From positions 1-51,638 of IMG/VR virus record IMGVR_UViG_3300022862_000007: a DNA stretch of 51,638 bases; one strand, written 5' to 3'. Source of the stretch: a virus (Duplodnaviria > Caudoviricetes). The translations under genes were made by a program, and so were the position numbers. Under the pieces are notes generated by a model. It worked only from the letters and a program-made list of their open reading frames with translations. It searched no databases and had not been told where the DNA came from. Positions 8,857 to 17,730 of the stretch are shown here, piece by piece (positions within the stretch are counted from its first letter, which is position 1; each line of letters opens with the position of its first letter).

Positions 8857-9042
8857 ATGGGTAATAAAGTGAATTTGGCTGCATTAGGTGATGGAGTATA
8901 TATTGTACAACAAGGAGTAATTCTAGAGTTTCTTGAGCCTAAAGAATATGGACAAGACTCAATTCAGTGGCAGCACGGTAAGGTATTTGAAGTGAGTGAA
9001 AGTATACGAAGACGTGTCGGAGTAAAGAAGATACGAATATAA
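8857..9042 (+). CDS. XtrA/DUF3954-like small phage protein
   Basis: DGVYIVQQG...P.EYGQD.I.WQHGKV pattern; RBS AAGGAGG. Confidence 0.65.
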   Translation: MGNKVNLAALGDGVYIVQQGVILEFLEPKEYGQDSIQWQHGKVFEVSESIRRRVGVKKIRI

Positions 9043-9232
9043 ATTATGTTTATAAATGTAGGACTTAGCTGAGTTCAAAATCCTAAACGATATGTATAAA
9101 CGATTAAGATGGCAAATGGTCTTTAGTTCATTAAAATTTCTAACCGAACATTCTTTCTATTTTTTTGGTTTACTTTTCTATTAAATATGTAGTAAAATTA
9201 TATATACTTATAGAAAAGGGGGCTTAAAATCA

Positions 9233-9982
9233 ATGGAATTTATAAAAGATGAACTTCAGATGAAAAAATTAGTAATGGCATTTTCTCAAAATACAGAGAA
9301 TACATTAGATGAAATAGAGTTTAACTATAACATGGGGACTGGGAACTTTAGACAGTCAGGTTCTTGGGATCTGCGATTCGGTAGAATTGAGGATTCAGTT
9401 AAAAATAAAAGTGATGTTGCAATTCTAAATCGAGAACGAGGTATTTGGAAGTATAAAGCTATTTTATTTGCAACAACAGGTACATTGTTCGTATTTACTA
9501 AAGAAAAAAATTTAGATAAAGTTATCAAAGAGAAAAGCAATACCGAAAAAATCCATTATTTTCATGCCCTTGTATATTTAAATGTCGAAAATGTTGGAAC
9601 TAACGTACAGCTGGATTTATTTGATTACTATGATGAAAGTTTTGAACTTCGTCGAGAAAGAGAAGTCCAAAAAATTCTGATGGAATATTACTCACAGGTA
9701 AAACAGGTATACTTTATTGTTGGAACAGAAAGAAATAAGCAAATTGTAGAAGTAAAGGTACAACATTTTAATCGTCAGTTCGAATTTCTCAAAGAGGTGG
9801 ATTTGTCAAAATATATCTCTAAGGGTGAGTATGAAGATATTTTATTGAATGTAGCTAAAAACGGTGACAAACCAACTACTAAACCACTTGTCGGAATTAA
9901 AGATGGTTTGAAAAAACGCAACGAAAAACAGATTGCAGATTGGAAACAAGCAGAAAAAGAAGCAGAGTTTCTAAAAAGTTAA
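9233..9982 (+). CDS. Putative toxin of a RosmerTA-like pair (DUF5986-like)
   Basis: 249 aa, directly upstream of the HTH-metallopeptidase gene; IHYFHAL and QLDLF motifs. Family recalled, not verified. Confidence 0.6.
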   Translation: MEFIKDELQMKKLVMAFSQNTENTLDEIEFNYNMGTGNFRQSGSWDLRFGRIEDSVKNKSDVAILNRERGIWKYKAILFATTGTLFVFTKEKNLDKVIKEKSNTEKIHYFHALVYLNVENVGTNVQLDLFDYYDESFELRREREVQKILMEYYSQVKQVYFIVGTERNKQIVEVKVQHFNRQFEFLKEVDLSKYISKGEYEDILLNVAKNGDKPTTKPLVGIKDGLKKRNEKQIADWKQAEKEAEFLKS

Positions 9983-10012
9983 TAAGCACCTTGGTGTCTA
10001 AAGGAGGATTCT

Positions 10013-11179
10013 ATGGTGTTGAACCGTAAATTTAATGGAGCTAGATTAAAAGAAGGAAGAATTTATAGAGGATACACTATTACGGAATTAGCCGAATACT
10101 TAGAAGTAAGTAAGCAAATGGTATCGAAATATGAAAATGCACATGTAGACCCGGCTTTTGAGACAGTGCATAAAATTGCCAGTTATCTTGATTTTCCAGT
10201 ACAATATTTTTATGAAAAATCCGTCGAAGTAAAGGTTGGTAATACGTATTTTAGATCGTTATTAAGTACTGGGAAAAAAGATAGGGAGATGCAATTAGAT
10301 CGAATAAAATATATTACAATTTTAAGAAGAATGTTAGAGGAATATATAGATTTTCCTGAATTAGATATATTAAAGAATTTTGAATATGAAAATGACATGG
10401 AGCATTTTACTCAACAATTAAGAACTTATTGGGAGATAGGGGATAAACCTATAAAAGATATTGTTTTGCTCTTAGAAGAAAAAGGATTTATTTTATCTTC
10501 AATTTATCTTGAAAATAAGAGCATTGATGCCTTTGGTGCAAACTGTTCTATAGGTAATAAAGATTACTATTCAATTGTATTAAGTAGCGATAAGCAATCA
10601 TTTTATAGACGCCAATTTGATGTCGCACATGAGTTGGGCCATGCTTTGCTACATGAGTCATCAATAGTTTTTAATGATCTAGATAAAGAAGAGCAAAAAC
10701 AAATAGAGAAAGAAGCAAATGATTTTGCGGCAGCTTTCTTATTGCCAAGAGAACCTTTTTTAAGAGATGTATTGATGCACCCTAATGATTTAGAATATTA
10801 TAAGATGTTAAAGAAAAAATGGGGCGTTTCTATATCAGCAATGCTAATGAGAGCATATAAATTAGAAGCGATTAATGATGGAACTTATCAGTATATGCAA
10901 AGATTAATAAGTAAAAAAGGTTGGAGACAGAAAGAACCTTATGATGATATTAAGGAAATTGCAGAGCCAATGGCAAATAGACAAGCTATAGAACTTTTAG
11001 TTGAAAATGATTATTTTTCAGGTTCTGAGCTGCTTAAAATTCTTTCTAAAGAATTTGGACTAACAGTTCTACCAAACGAGGTAGAAAAGTTACTAGGACT
11101 TGAAGAAGGTTACTTGATAGAAAAAGAGCCACCTTTAACTAATAATATTGTTCAAATTAAAAATATTAGAAGTATATAG
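10013..11179 (+). CDS. XRE HTH plus ImmA/IrrE (M78) metallopeptidase, putative antitoxin
   Basis: FNGARLKEGR HTH, FRSL, RRQFDVAHELGH and EKEANDFAAAFLLP. Confidence 0.9.
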   Translation: MVLNRKFNGARLKEGRIYRGYTITELAEYLEVSKQMVSKYENAHVDPAFETVHKIASYLDFPVQYFYEKSVEVKVGNTYFRSLLSTGKKDREMQLDRIKYITILRRMLEEYIDFPELDILKNFEYENDMEHFTQQLRTYWEIGDKPIKDIVLLLEEKGFILSSIYLENKSIDAFGANCSIGNKDYYSIVLSSDKQSFYRRQFDVAHELGHALLHESSIVFNDLDKEEQKQIEKEANDFAAAFLLPREPFLRDVLMHPNDLEYYKMLKKKWGVSISAMLMRAYKLEAINDGTYQYMQRLISKKGWRQKEPYDDIKEIAEPMANRQAIELLVENDYFSGSELLKILSKEFGLTVLPNEVEKLLGLEEGYLIEKEPPLTNNIVQIKNIRSI

Positions 11180-11204
11180 AGTTGTTGTTGTTCAAAATTT
11201 CTAA

Positions 11205-11275
11205 GCCTTTACGGAAAATACCGGAGGCACTAACAAACGGGTAAAAACCTGTTCTGTTGGTGCCTCCTTTTCTTT
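11205..11275 (+). terminator. Long terminator hairpin with an overlapping alternative hairpin
   Basis: GGAGGCACTAACA-AACGGGT/ACCTGTT-C-TGTTGGTGCCTCC followed by TTTTCTTT. Confidence 0.75.
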
Positions 11276-11311
11276 ATTTGATATTGGTACATTATTTTAA
11301 AACAGATTTAA

Positions 11312-11510
11312 CTAGAGCATGTTGAAGTATTTAAAAGTTTCTATTATATCATTTTAGCACTGATGAACTCTTGAATTGGGAGAATGTCTCCTTACGGACA
11401 TTTTCGGCGTCAGACCACACACTTCCTTCATATGCCCAATCCAACATGATTTAGCTATATAACCATACTTTTCTTTAATACTGGACTGATAATTGCTTAT
11501 AAGTAGCCAG
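11312..11510 (-). pseudogene. Frameshifted small conserved protein
   Basis: Fragments ATYKQ / IKEKYGYIAKSCWIGHMKEVCGL...RVHQC* ...IIETFKYFNML are split by a frameshift and a stop; RBS AAGAAGGTGA intact. Confidence 0.6.
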
Positions 11511-11783
11511 GCTAATCACCTTCTTTTAGGTGAATATTATAATAATTAAACCTAAAGGTAACCATAAAAAGGAATTTATCGCACGACTATATCCAAGTGT
11601 TTAAAACGTGCTGCCTATGATTCTACAAAGAAATGCAGAGGATGCAAAATTTAAGAGAACTACGCAGTATCGGGAAAGAGTTGGAGCAGATTAGTAATTT
11701 GCGTAGGTGGAAGAAATATGTGAATGGAGGACAACCTAGATGATAAAGAGGGAGAAGGATTTACTCCTCCCTTAAACTCTCTC

Positions 11784-12494
11784 TTACTTGTAAAACCTTG
11801 CATCAAAAAGACCAACCTCTGTATCGAATGGACCAAGTTGGCTATTTAATTTAAAGCCTATTTTATTTACACTTTTGAGTTTGAATTCTATTTCCTGTGG
11901 CATATCACCAGCAGAAACAGTATAAGTTTCGATTAATTTTTCATCAAGAAAAACTTCTAATGTTAATGGTTTAGGTAAATCTTTTCCGGATTCTGTCAAT
12001 CCCAAAATAGCTTTAAAAGTGCTGTATTGACCGTTCAAAGGAAATTCAAGTAAAGACTCTCCTGCACCACCAAAGCTGTTTTTAATCGTGATGTAATTAC
12101 TATATTTATTACCTATATTATCCGAAATAGTATCTTTATTATAAGAATATTTATATGAATTATCATATTTATTTTCTTGGAAACTCAAATATTCTAAATC
12201 TTTTCCAGGATAAAAAGCAGTTTTGTCATTAGTTTTTCCGATATTTATTGTTTGGTTGGAACTATCCCATTCAACTGGATATCCTAGTTGCTCACTGATA
12301 TAGCGTAAAGGAACATAAGTAGTTCCATTGTATGTAAAAGGTTTATCTTCAGGCATCTTTGAAACCTGGTCAATTTTTATATTTTTGACATTATAGAAAA
12401 CTTCTAGTGTCTTACTATTGGTGCTAGCGTAAACCCCTGCACTTCCTAAAAGAAGCGCACCTGCAACTGATAATCCAATCAAATTTTTTTTCAT
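11784..12494 (-). CDS. Secreted stalk-domain (copper amine oxidase N-like) plus NPCBM/NEW2-like protein
   Basis: Signal peptide MKKNLIGL...VYA; PFTYNGTTYVPLRYISEQLGYPVEWD stalk motif; LNGQYSTFKAILG. Confidence 0.85.
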   Translation of the reverse strand: MKKNLIGLSVAGALLLGSAGVYASTNSKTLEVFYNVKNIKIDQVSKMPEDKPFTYNGTTYVPLRYISEQLGYPVEWDSSNQTINIGKTNDKTAFYPGKDLEYLSFQENKYDNSYKYSYNKDTISDNIGNKYSNYITIKNSFGGAGESLLEFPLNGQYSTFKAILGLTESGKDLPKPLTLEVFLDEKLIETYTVSAGDMPQEIEFKLKSVNKIGFKLNSQLGPFDTEVGLFDARFYK

Positions 12495-12814
12495 ATACTC
12501 GATTCCTCCGTAAGTTTTAATTAGATGATGCATATTACTTAATTGTTATAATCCTTTATTCACTGTTAAGTTATGTGTCGGATGAATAATTTTGCTCATC
12601 TTTTGAAAGTATCGGACATTTTTTGTAATTTTTAATAATGTTTTTAAAAATATGGAACTTTTTAAAATATTTACTTTATCAACAATCATAATCAATAAAG
12701 CCTTGAAAACATAAAAAAGCCGCAGCGTTTGCACACGCTACAGCTCGAATTGGTTTATGCCCTTTTAAGACAATCTAGTAAAAGTAGTATATCACAACTT
12801 AGGAGGGCAAACCT

Positions 12815-13246
12815 ATGTTAAAAGAGAAAACAGAATTAAATCGCTACCAACTAGACAAGGCAATTAAGAAGTACCACGACAACATGTGTAAGTTCATGAG
12901 GATGAAGGACGAGCTTGATTCTTTAACGGCTGCTGCATCTACAGCAAAGTATGGTATTGAGGCAACAATGCCTAAAGCTGTAGGAAGCACAAGCGATCCA
13001 GTCCATGCACATGTTCAAATCAGAGCAGCGCGTGAGGTACGAATTTACAAGATTAAAGACGAACTACTTATGGTTCAAAATTTAACAAGCAAGGTAAATG
13101 GCGACGTAGAGCAAGAAGTACTTTATTGGTTGCTAGAGGGCATGTCTTTCCGTTGGATTGGTGCAAAGCTTAATATGAGCCACACAAGCGTTCAACGTAT
13201 AAGAGAAAGAGTAATTGATATGATGATAAATGGAAAAGAAGTATGA
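12815..13246 (+). CDS. ArpU/RinA-like late transcriptional activator
   Basis: AKYGIEATMPKA..SDPV motif and C-terminal sigma4-like HTH; lies before the packaging module. Confidence 0.8.
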   Translation: MLKEKTELNRYQLDKAIKKYHDNMCKFMRMKDELDSLTAAASTAKYGIEATMPKAVGSTSDPVHAHVQIRAAREVRIYKIKDELLMVQNLTSKVNGDVEQEVLYWLLEGMSFRWIGAKLNMSHTSVQRIRERVIDMMINGKEV

Positions 13247-13251
13247 ATAGA

Positions 13252-13284
13252 AAAGACTCTTTGTGAATATCACAAAGAGTCTTT
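13252..13284. terminator. Bidirectional terminator
   Basis: Perfect 15-bp inverted repeat AAAGACTCTTTGTGA-ATA-TCACAAAGAGTCTTT between convergent genes. Confidence 0.85.
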
Positions 13285-13296
13285 ATATTATATTAG

Positions 13297-13791
13297 TCAA
13301 TAGTTTAGACCTTTTTCAATACACTCTTCAGCCAATTCAGGTAAATCTAGATACTTGTATCTCTTGGATGTCTTGATAGGATATGAAGAATACACAAAAT
13401 CAATAAACTCATTCCAATTAAGTCTTTCAGTATCTTTGATTACTGAATCTAATATCAATTTACAGTTATCAGAAATTCGAATCGGAGCTGATTCAAAAAC
13501 ATTTCTTGGATTTTTAACTTTTAAACTAATTACCTCTTTAGTTGTGCCAAAAGCAGTTATATCTTCATTAATGATTAAATGCTTATCCTCTACAACAGCA
13601 TTATATACATCAGGGACATATGGACCATAGTGATCAAAATACCAATCAATATCTGTTAATTGTTCCCCGAAGTCAAGGGAGGAGTACCAATCAGCCAAAT
13701 AAACCATTTTTGTAATCCTAGTTTTAGACAGTTCATTTTTATATGGGTAGTATTTTGCGAAGTATCTTACAATATGTTTAATTTTAACCAT
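13297..13791 (-). CDS. Panacea-domain (DUF4065/SocA-like) antitoxin
   Basis: TKMVYLADWY..G..LT..DWYFDHYGPY signature. Confidence 0.85.
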   Translation of the reverse strand: MVKIKHIVRYFAKYYPYKNELSKTRITKMVYLADWYSSLDFGEQLTDIDWYFDHYGPYVPDVYNAVVEDKHLIINEDITAFGTTKEVISLKVKNPRNVFESAPIRISDNCKLILDSVIKDTERLNWNEFIDFVYSSYPIKTSKRYKYLDLPELAEECIEKGLNY

Positions 13792-14543
13792 TAGTTTGTT
13801 CCCCCCTCTCCAATAGGTAAATTATTTTTAATTGACTCCACTAATGATTTTCCAAATGGACCTTCAAGGAATTGGTTGTATTGTGTAGTGTCTTGTAATG
13901 AATTGTTTACAGATTCTATTACTACAACAGCAATTGGTTCATCACCATTGAATGTTAACCTTTTACAATAAAAACTTCTACTCTTCATTTTTAGCCCTTT
14001 TATTACATTTTCATCAATGTCACATTTTTTTTTAACATGCTCAATATATTTTTCCTGGTTCTTGTGATAATTAGGTAAATTCCGAATTATAACTTCTTCT
14101 TCAATCCAACATTTACCGATAAAACCAGTATCTATGGGGTATTTAGACCGGCCACTTTTTTTATAATTTGGATTATCAGAAAACCTTCCAACAGGTATGA
14201 AAAATTCGTTATCCTTGACACGATATACTGTAACTCTATCTTCGTTGCCAAGGTTAAATGATTTATAAAAAATTTTTACCATATTCTCGGGGATTGATTC
14301 TAGATTAGATTTTAGCATACCGTTTTCATTCTCAAGTGAAGAAATTTTGTTGGTTAACCCTTTTTTACTTACAAAGTTTCTATTTGTCTGGATCCATGCC
14401 CATACAAATAAAAAAATACTTAAAATCCAATGATAAGGTAATTTGATTACATAATTTTTTGTATACTCAATAGTATACAGCAATGGGATTAAAATAATTA
14501 GTAAACTACCCCATGTCTCCTTCCAATGTTTCAATAACTGCAT
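13791..14543 (-). CDS. Two-TM membrane protein with GAF-like C-terminal domain, putative toxin
   Basis: Two N-terminal hydrophobic helices, a coiled coil, then RVTVY...GRFS.NP...GFIGKCW...PIAVVVIES; TAATG-coupled to the Panacea gene. Confidence 0.7.
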   Translation of the reverse strand: MQLLKHWKETWGSLLIILIPLLYTIEYTKNYVIKLPYHWILSIFLFVWAWIQTNRNFVSKKGLTNKISSLENENGMLKSNLESIPENMVKIFYKSFNLGNEDRVTVYRVKDNEFFIPVGRFSDNPNYKKSGRSKYPIDTGFIGKCWIEEEVIIRNLPNYHKNQEKYIEHVKKKCDIDENVIKGLKMKSRSFYCKRLTFNGDEPIAVVVIESVNNSLQDTTQYNQFLEGPFGKSLVESIKNNLPIGEGGTN

Positions 14544-14600
14544 GCAATTACACCCACTTTATTAAACTAAAATAGCATTCTGTGAATATATTATACTATA

Positions 14601-14680
14601 AAATGTGCCAAATGTGACAGAAGTTCCAAATGTTCCAAATGTTCCAAACGTATCATTTTAAGCAATCTGGAGTGTAAAAT
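14601..14680 (+). promoter_or_regulatory. Late promoter: six tandem 9-bp repeats plus a -10 box
   Basis: AAATGTGCC AAATGTGAC AGAAGTTCC AAATGTTCC AAATGTTCC AAACGTATC (14601-14654), then TAAAAT at 14675-14680 with no good -35. Confidence 0.7.
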
Positions 14681-14811
14681 GGGAGGCAGGACGGTGCGGT
14701 AAGGTTTTCCTCTCTGGGTATTTATTAAAACCTAAATATTAGGGAAAGACAGACCGACGACCGACCTGCGCTTCGTGAATTAGTTCGAAGCATGACATAC
14801 ACGGACGGCCC
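14681..14811 (+). ncRNA. Candidate structured leader RNA of the late operon
   Basis: GC-rich non-coding island; GCAGG/CCTGC, two CGGT/ACCG pairs, TTTTCCT/AGGGAAA and a GCTTCG/CGAAGC hairpin. Confidence 0.5.
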
Positions 14812-14921
14812 ATATTTTTTTAAGAGATTAGGTATCTTAATTAATATAAAAGGTATAATATTTACAATCATTTCCACAACTTCTTATTTGTTATATGATA
14901 TTTAAAGAGGAGTGGAATATT

Positions 14922-15158
14922 ATGATGAACATTTTACAAATTGTTTTTGCTATCATAACTGTCTCTCTTTCAGCTTACCTACTTATAACACGGGATTACG
15001 ATCTGACTTTTTTAATGGTATTCTTCTCAGGTTTATTCATGTTAACTAAAGGAATTGAAGCATTTGAGAGCGAGAGAAAAGTTTATGGTTGGTTATTAAT
15101 CGGGCTATTTTTATTTGCGGTTTATTTATCAATGTATCAATTCACAGCTTTACTATGA
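14922..15158 (+). CDS. Small three-TM protein (YczI/DUF3953-like)
   Basis: Three hydrophobic helices, GIEAF..ERK.YG; RBS GAGGAG. Confidence 0.75.
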   Translation: MMNILQIVFAIITVSLSAYLLITRDYDLTFLMVFFSGLFMLTKGIEAFESERKVYGWLLIGLFLFAVYLSMYQFTALL

Positions 15159-15342
15159 CCAACATTAAGGAGTGGTTTATATGTGAACTTCGTCCACTTT
15201 CCATAATTTCAGTCAAACTTACTACATCAACAAAGTGCACGGAAATGCACTAAACACAATTCGTTACTTCACTAAGTATTTACTCCTGTCTAAACAGGAA
15301 CTATAAAAGCATTGTAAAGGCTGTAAAAAGCTTTATGATGCT

Positions 15343-15362
15343 TTTTTCTTTTGCTTTGAAAA
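15343..15362 (+). repeat. 20-bp direct repeat, copy 1
   Basis: TTTTTCTTTTGCTTTGAAAA, identical to 16326-16345. Confidence 0.8.
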
Positions 15363-15492
15363 GTGAGCATCGAGCAGAGCTTCTTCCTTTTTATTGGATG
15401 GAACATTCTTATGCAAAACTAAATGGAAATTATTAAGAAAACTATTAGTAATTTGGTATAATTAGTTATTCATAAATGAAGGGAAGAGAATT

Positions 15493-16299
15493 ATGTTTGA
15501 TGTATTAGAACCAATTCTAACTACAAGTGGACTTGCTAGTATGTTTAAGTTGAAAGAAAGATATGACAAAACAAATGAATCAACACCGTGGGTAAAGTAT
15601 AGTGTAAAGCCAAATTTCTATAAAATTAGAGCTTTTGAATTATGGGATAATGAACCAAAAAGATTTTTTAGAATTTATCATGCACCTGATATGAATGAAT
15701 ACTTAAAAAATACGTTAATGTCATTACCTGAAGTTGTTAAAAAAGGAACGTATTATATTGATTTTCAAGCAGCTGATTACTTACAAATAGCAACTAATAT
15801 TGCTGAAATATTGGCTTCAGAAGAAATAATACAAGAAAGTAAAGCAACTAGTAGACTTGCACATACATCCAGGTTTGAAGGACTGGAATTACCTGATGTT
15901 GATGTATCTCAAGAAGAGGTGCTAGGACAAACATTTTCCTGGAGAGAGATTATTGCAATTTGGGAAGATAATTCAGAGCAGAATAATTTGAAAAAAGTTT
16001 TAAGTCAAAACGGAATTTATATTCAACGCTCAGAAGATGGCAAAAGTCGATATATTGGTAGTGCTTATGGTACAGGTGGGATTATAGGTAGGTGGATGAC
16101 TCATTTAGGGTTTTTAGGTGATGCACATCATTTGAATTTATATATTTTAGAAAACGGCTATAATTCAATTACTTTTTCCGTCATTGAGTTTATGGAAGGG
16201 ACGAATTCAGAAATAATCCAGAAGGAGTCTATGTGGAAAAAAACGTTTGGAACAATCAATAAAGGTCCCTACAATGGAATTCAGCTAAATAAAAATTAG
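15493..16299 (+). CDS. GIY-YIG nuclease-domain protein
   Basis: NGIYIQ...RYIGSAYG..GIIGRW..H, FSVIE, KESMWK and terminal LNKN. Confidence 0.85.
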   Translation: MFDVLEPILTTSGLASMFKLKERYDKTNESTPWVKYSVKPNFYKIRAFELWDNEPKRFFRIYHAPDMNEYLKNTLMSLPEVVKKGTYYIDFQAADYLQIATNIAEILASEEIIQESKATSRLAHTSRFEGLELPDVDVSQEEVLGQTFSWREIIAIWEDNSEQNNLKKVLSQNGIYIQRSEDGKSRYIGSAYGTGGIIGRWMTHLGFLGDAHHLNLYILENGYNSITFSVIEFMEGTNSEIIQKESMWKKTFGTINKGPYNGIQLNKN

Positions 16300-16325
16300 A
16301 GTATTAATAAAGCACCCTCAGGGTG

Positions 16326-16345
16326 TTTTTCTTTTGCTTTGAAAA
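16326..16345 (+). repeat. 20-bp direct repeat, copy 2
   Basis: Identical to 15343-15362; follows the terminator stem AGCACCCTCAGGGTGTT. Confidence 0.8.
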
Positions 16346-16462
16346 CTACATTCAACAGCCAAAACGCTATGAATTGAGAGGACAGAGTTTGGTGTGGTTT
16401 TGAGAGCAGATAGTTATTACATATATTTCATCTTCTGGTTTATGATTGGGTGGGAGGTGGTT

Positions 16463-16693
16463 ATGATGAAAAGTGTATTTGTACATCTTCATGATGCTGG
16501 TGATGTAAATTGGGATAACAGATATTTTGATTTTGACAGGATACCAGTTGAAGGTGAATATTTATCAACTGATGTTGATTGGTATAAAATTGAATTAGTT
16601 GTTCATACGCCATTATCAATGGAAATGAGTGCAGAAATATTTGCAGTAAAAGTAGACTTCAACGAAGCAATGAAGAGAAAACTAAATACTTAA
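16463..16693 (+). CDS. Hypothetical protein (moron)
   Basis: GGGAGGTGG RBS before the ATG at 16463; terminator follows. Confidence 0.7.
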   Translation: MMKSVFVHLHDAGDVNWDNRYFDFDRIPVEGEYLSTDVDWYKIELVVHTPLSMEMSAEIFAVKVDFNEAMKRKLNT

Positions 16694-17047
16694 GAAATCC
16701 AGTGTAGGCATCCGATTAGGGTGCTTTTTATTTTACAAAGTAACTAGCATATTGGGGTAATGCCATTGGACATCGTAGTTACAATTTCTAAGAATGATAA
16801 TAGAGAAACAACTGTTTATGAACAATTCTGACAACTATCCAGATAAACTTAAAAACTAAATATTGGTACAAAGCGAATTTCGTAAAAAACAGATGTATTA
16901 ATAATAATGAGAGTGATAAGAGTCGAAACTAAGACAACTGCTACATGGGGTAACTAATAAAAGTTACGGTTGTCTTAGTTTTTTAAAGATTTAAGGAAGG
17001 GACAGCTAGAGGCTGTTAAAGCTCAGGTATAGGTGGTGGGAAGTGTA

Positions 17048-17730
17048 TCATTGATTAACTCTATTATGTAATTTATTTAATAGTCTTCTGGATTCAGCAA
17101 TATTTAATTTTATTTCTAAAACAATTCTCTCACCTTCAATAACTCTTTCGCTTTTTGCTAGAGGAAGGCGTGTGCTTTTCTTATGTGAACCTTTTATATG
17201 TTTATAAGTTTGGCTTGCAAAACTAGTATGTTCTATAGCTAACAATATAATGGTGGGTATGCTAAATAGTATAGGGATTGTGTAAGTTAAATTTATCTGT
17301 TCAAACATTAATGTTAAAGTTTCCAAAATATTTTTACTGATAAAATCGGACTTTTCTTCTACTACAGGAATTAAATTAAGTTTTGATTCTTTATTAATTA
17401 AATTAATGGCATTAACCAATATCAATAGAAAAACACTTATTTGTGCAAGAAGATCTTTAACCTTTGAAACCAAATTTTTATTTATAAAACTATTAGTTCG
17501 ATAAAGGATAAAAATAATAATTAAATATGATAAAACGATAGATACTGTTGGTGGCATTCCAATAAGCAATATATTACTGTAAAAAATTGATTCTAATGAT
17601 TGATTAAACAAAGGGTAAGTATTATAGCATATAAGAAAAGTTATGGAAAAAATTGTAAAATAGGAAGAACTTAATATCAAAAAAAAAGAAATACACTATA
17701 TGGCTCTTTATCTATAGTTCGTTTAAACAT
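17048..17730 (-). pseudogene. Multi-TM membrane protein frameshifted at a T9 tract
   Basis: GGAGG plus ATG at 17730 reads MFKRTIDKEPYSVFLFF* and stops just after the T9 run (A 17679-17687); one extra T joins it to the 210-aa ORF. Confidence 0.65.

Noticed and set aside
9072-11204. GTTCAAAAT(C/T)..TAA similarity on both sides of the Rosmer-like cassette as a target duplication
   Set aside because: Short, imperfect and AT-rich; could be chance.
12546-12734. 62-aa minus-strand ORF
   Set aside because: No RBS; overlaps a divergent promoter region.
14601-14654. 9-bp tandem repeats as a mini-CRISPR
   Set aside because: Too short and spacerless; they fit activator binding sites.
14681-14811. tRNA gene in the GC-rich non-coding island
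   Set aside because: No cloverleaf with a T-loop and acceptor stem could be built; no tRNA or rRNA recognised anywhere in the window.
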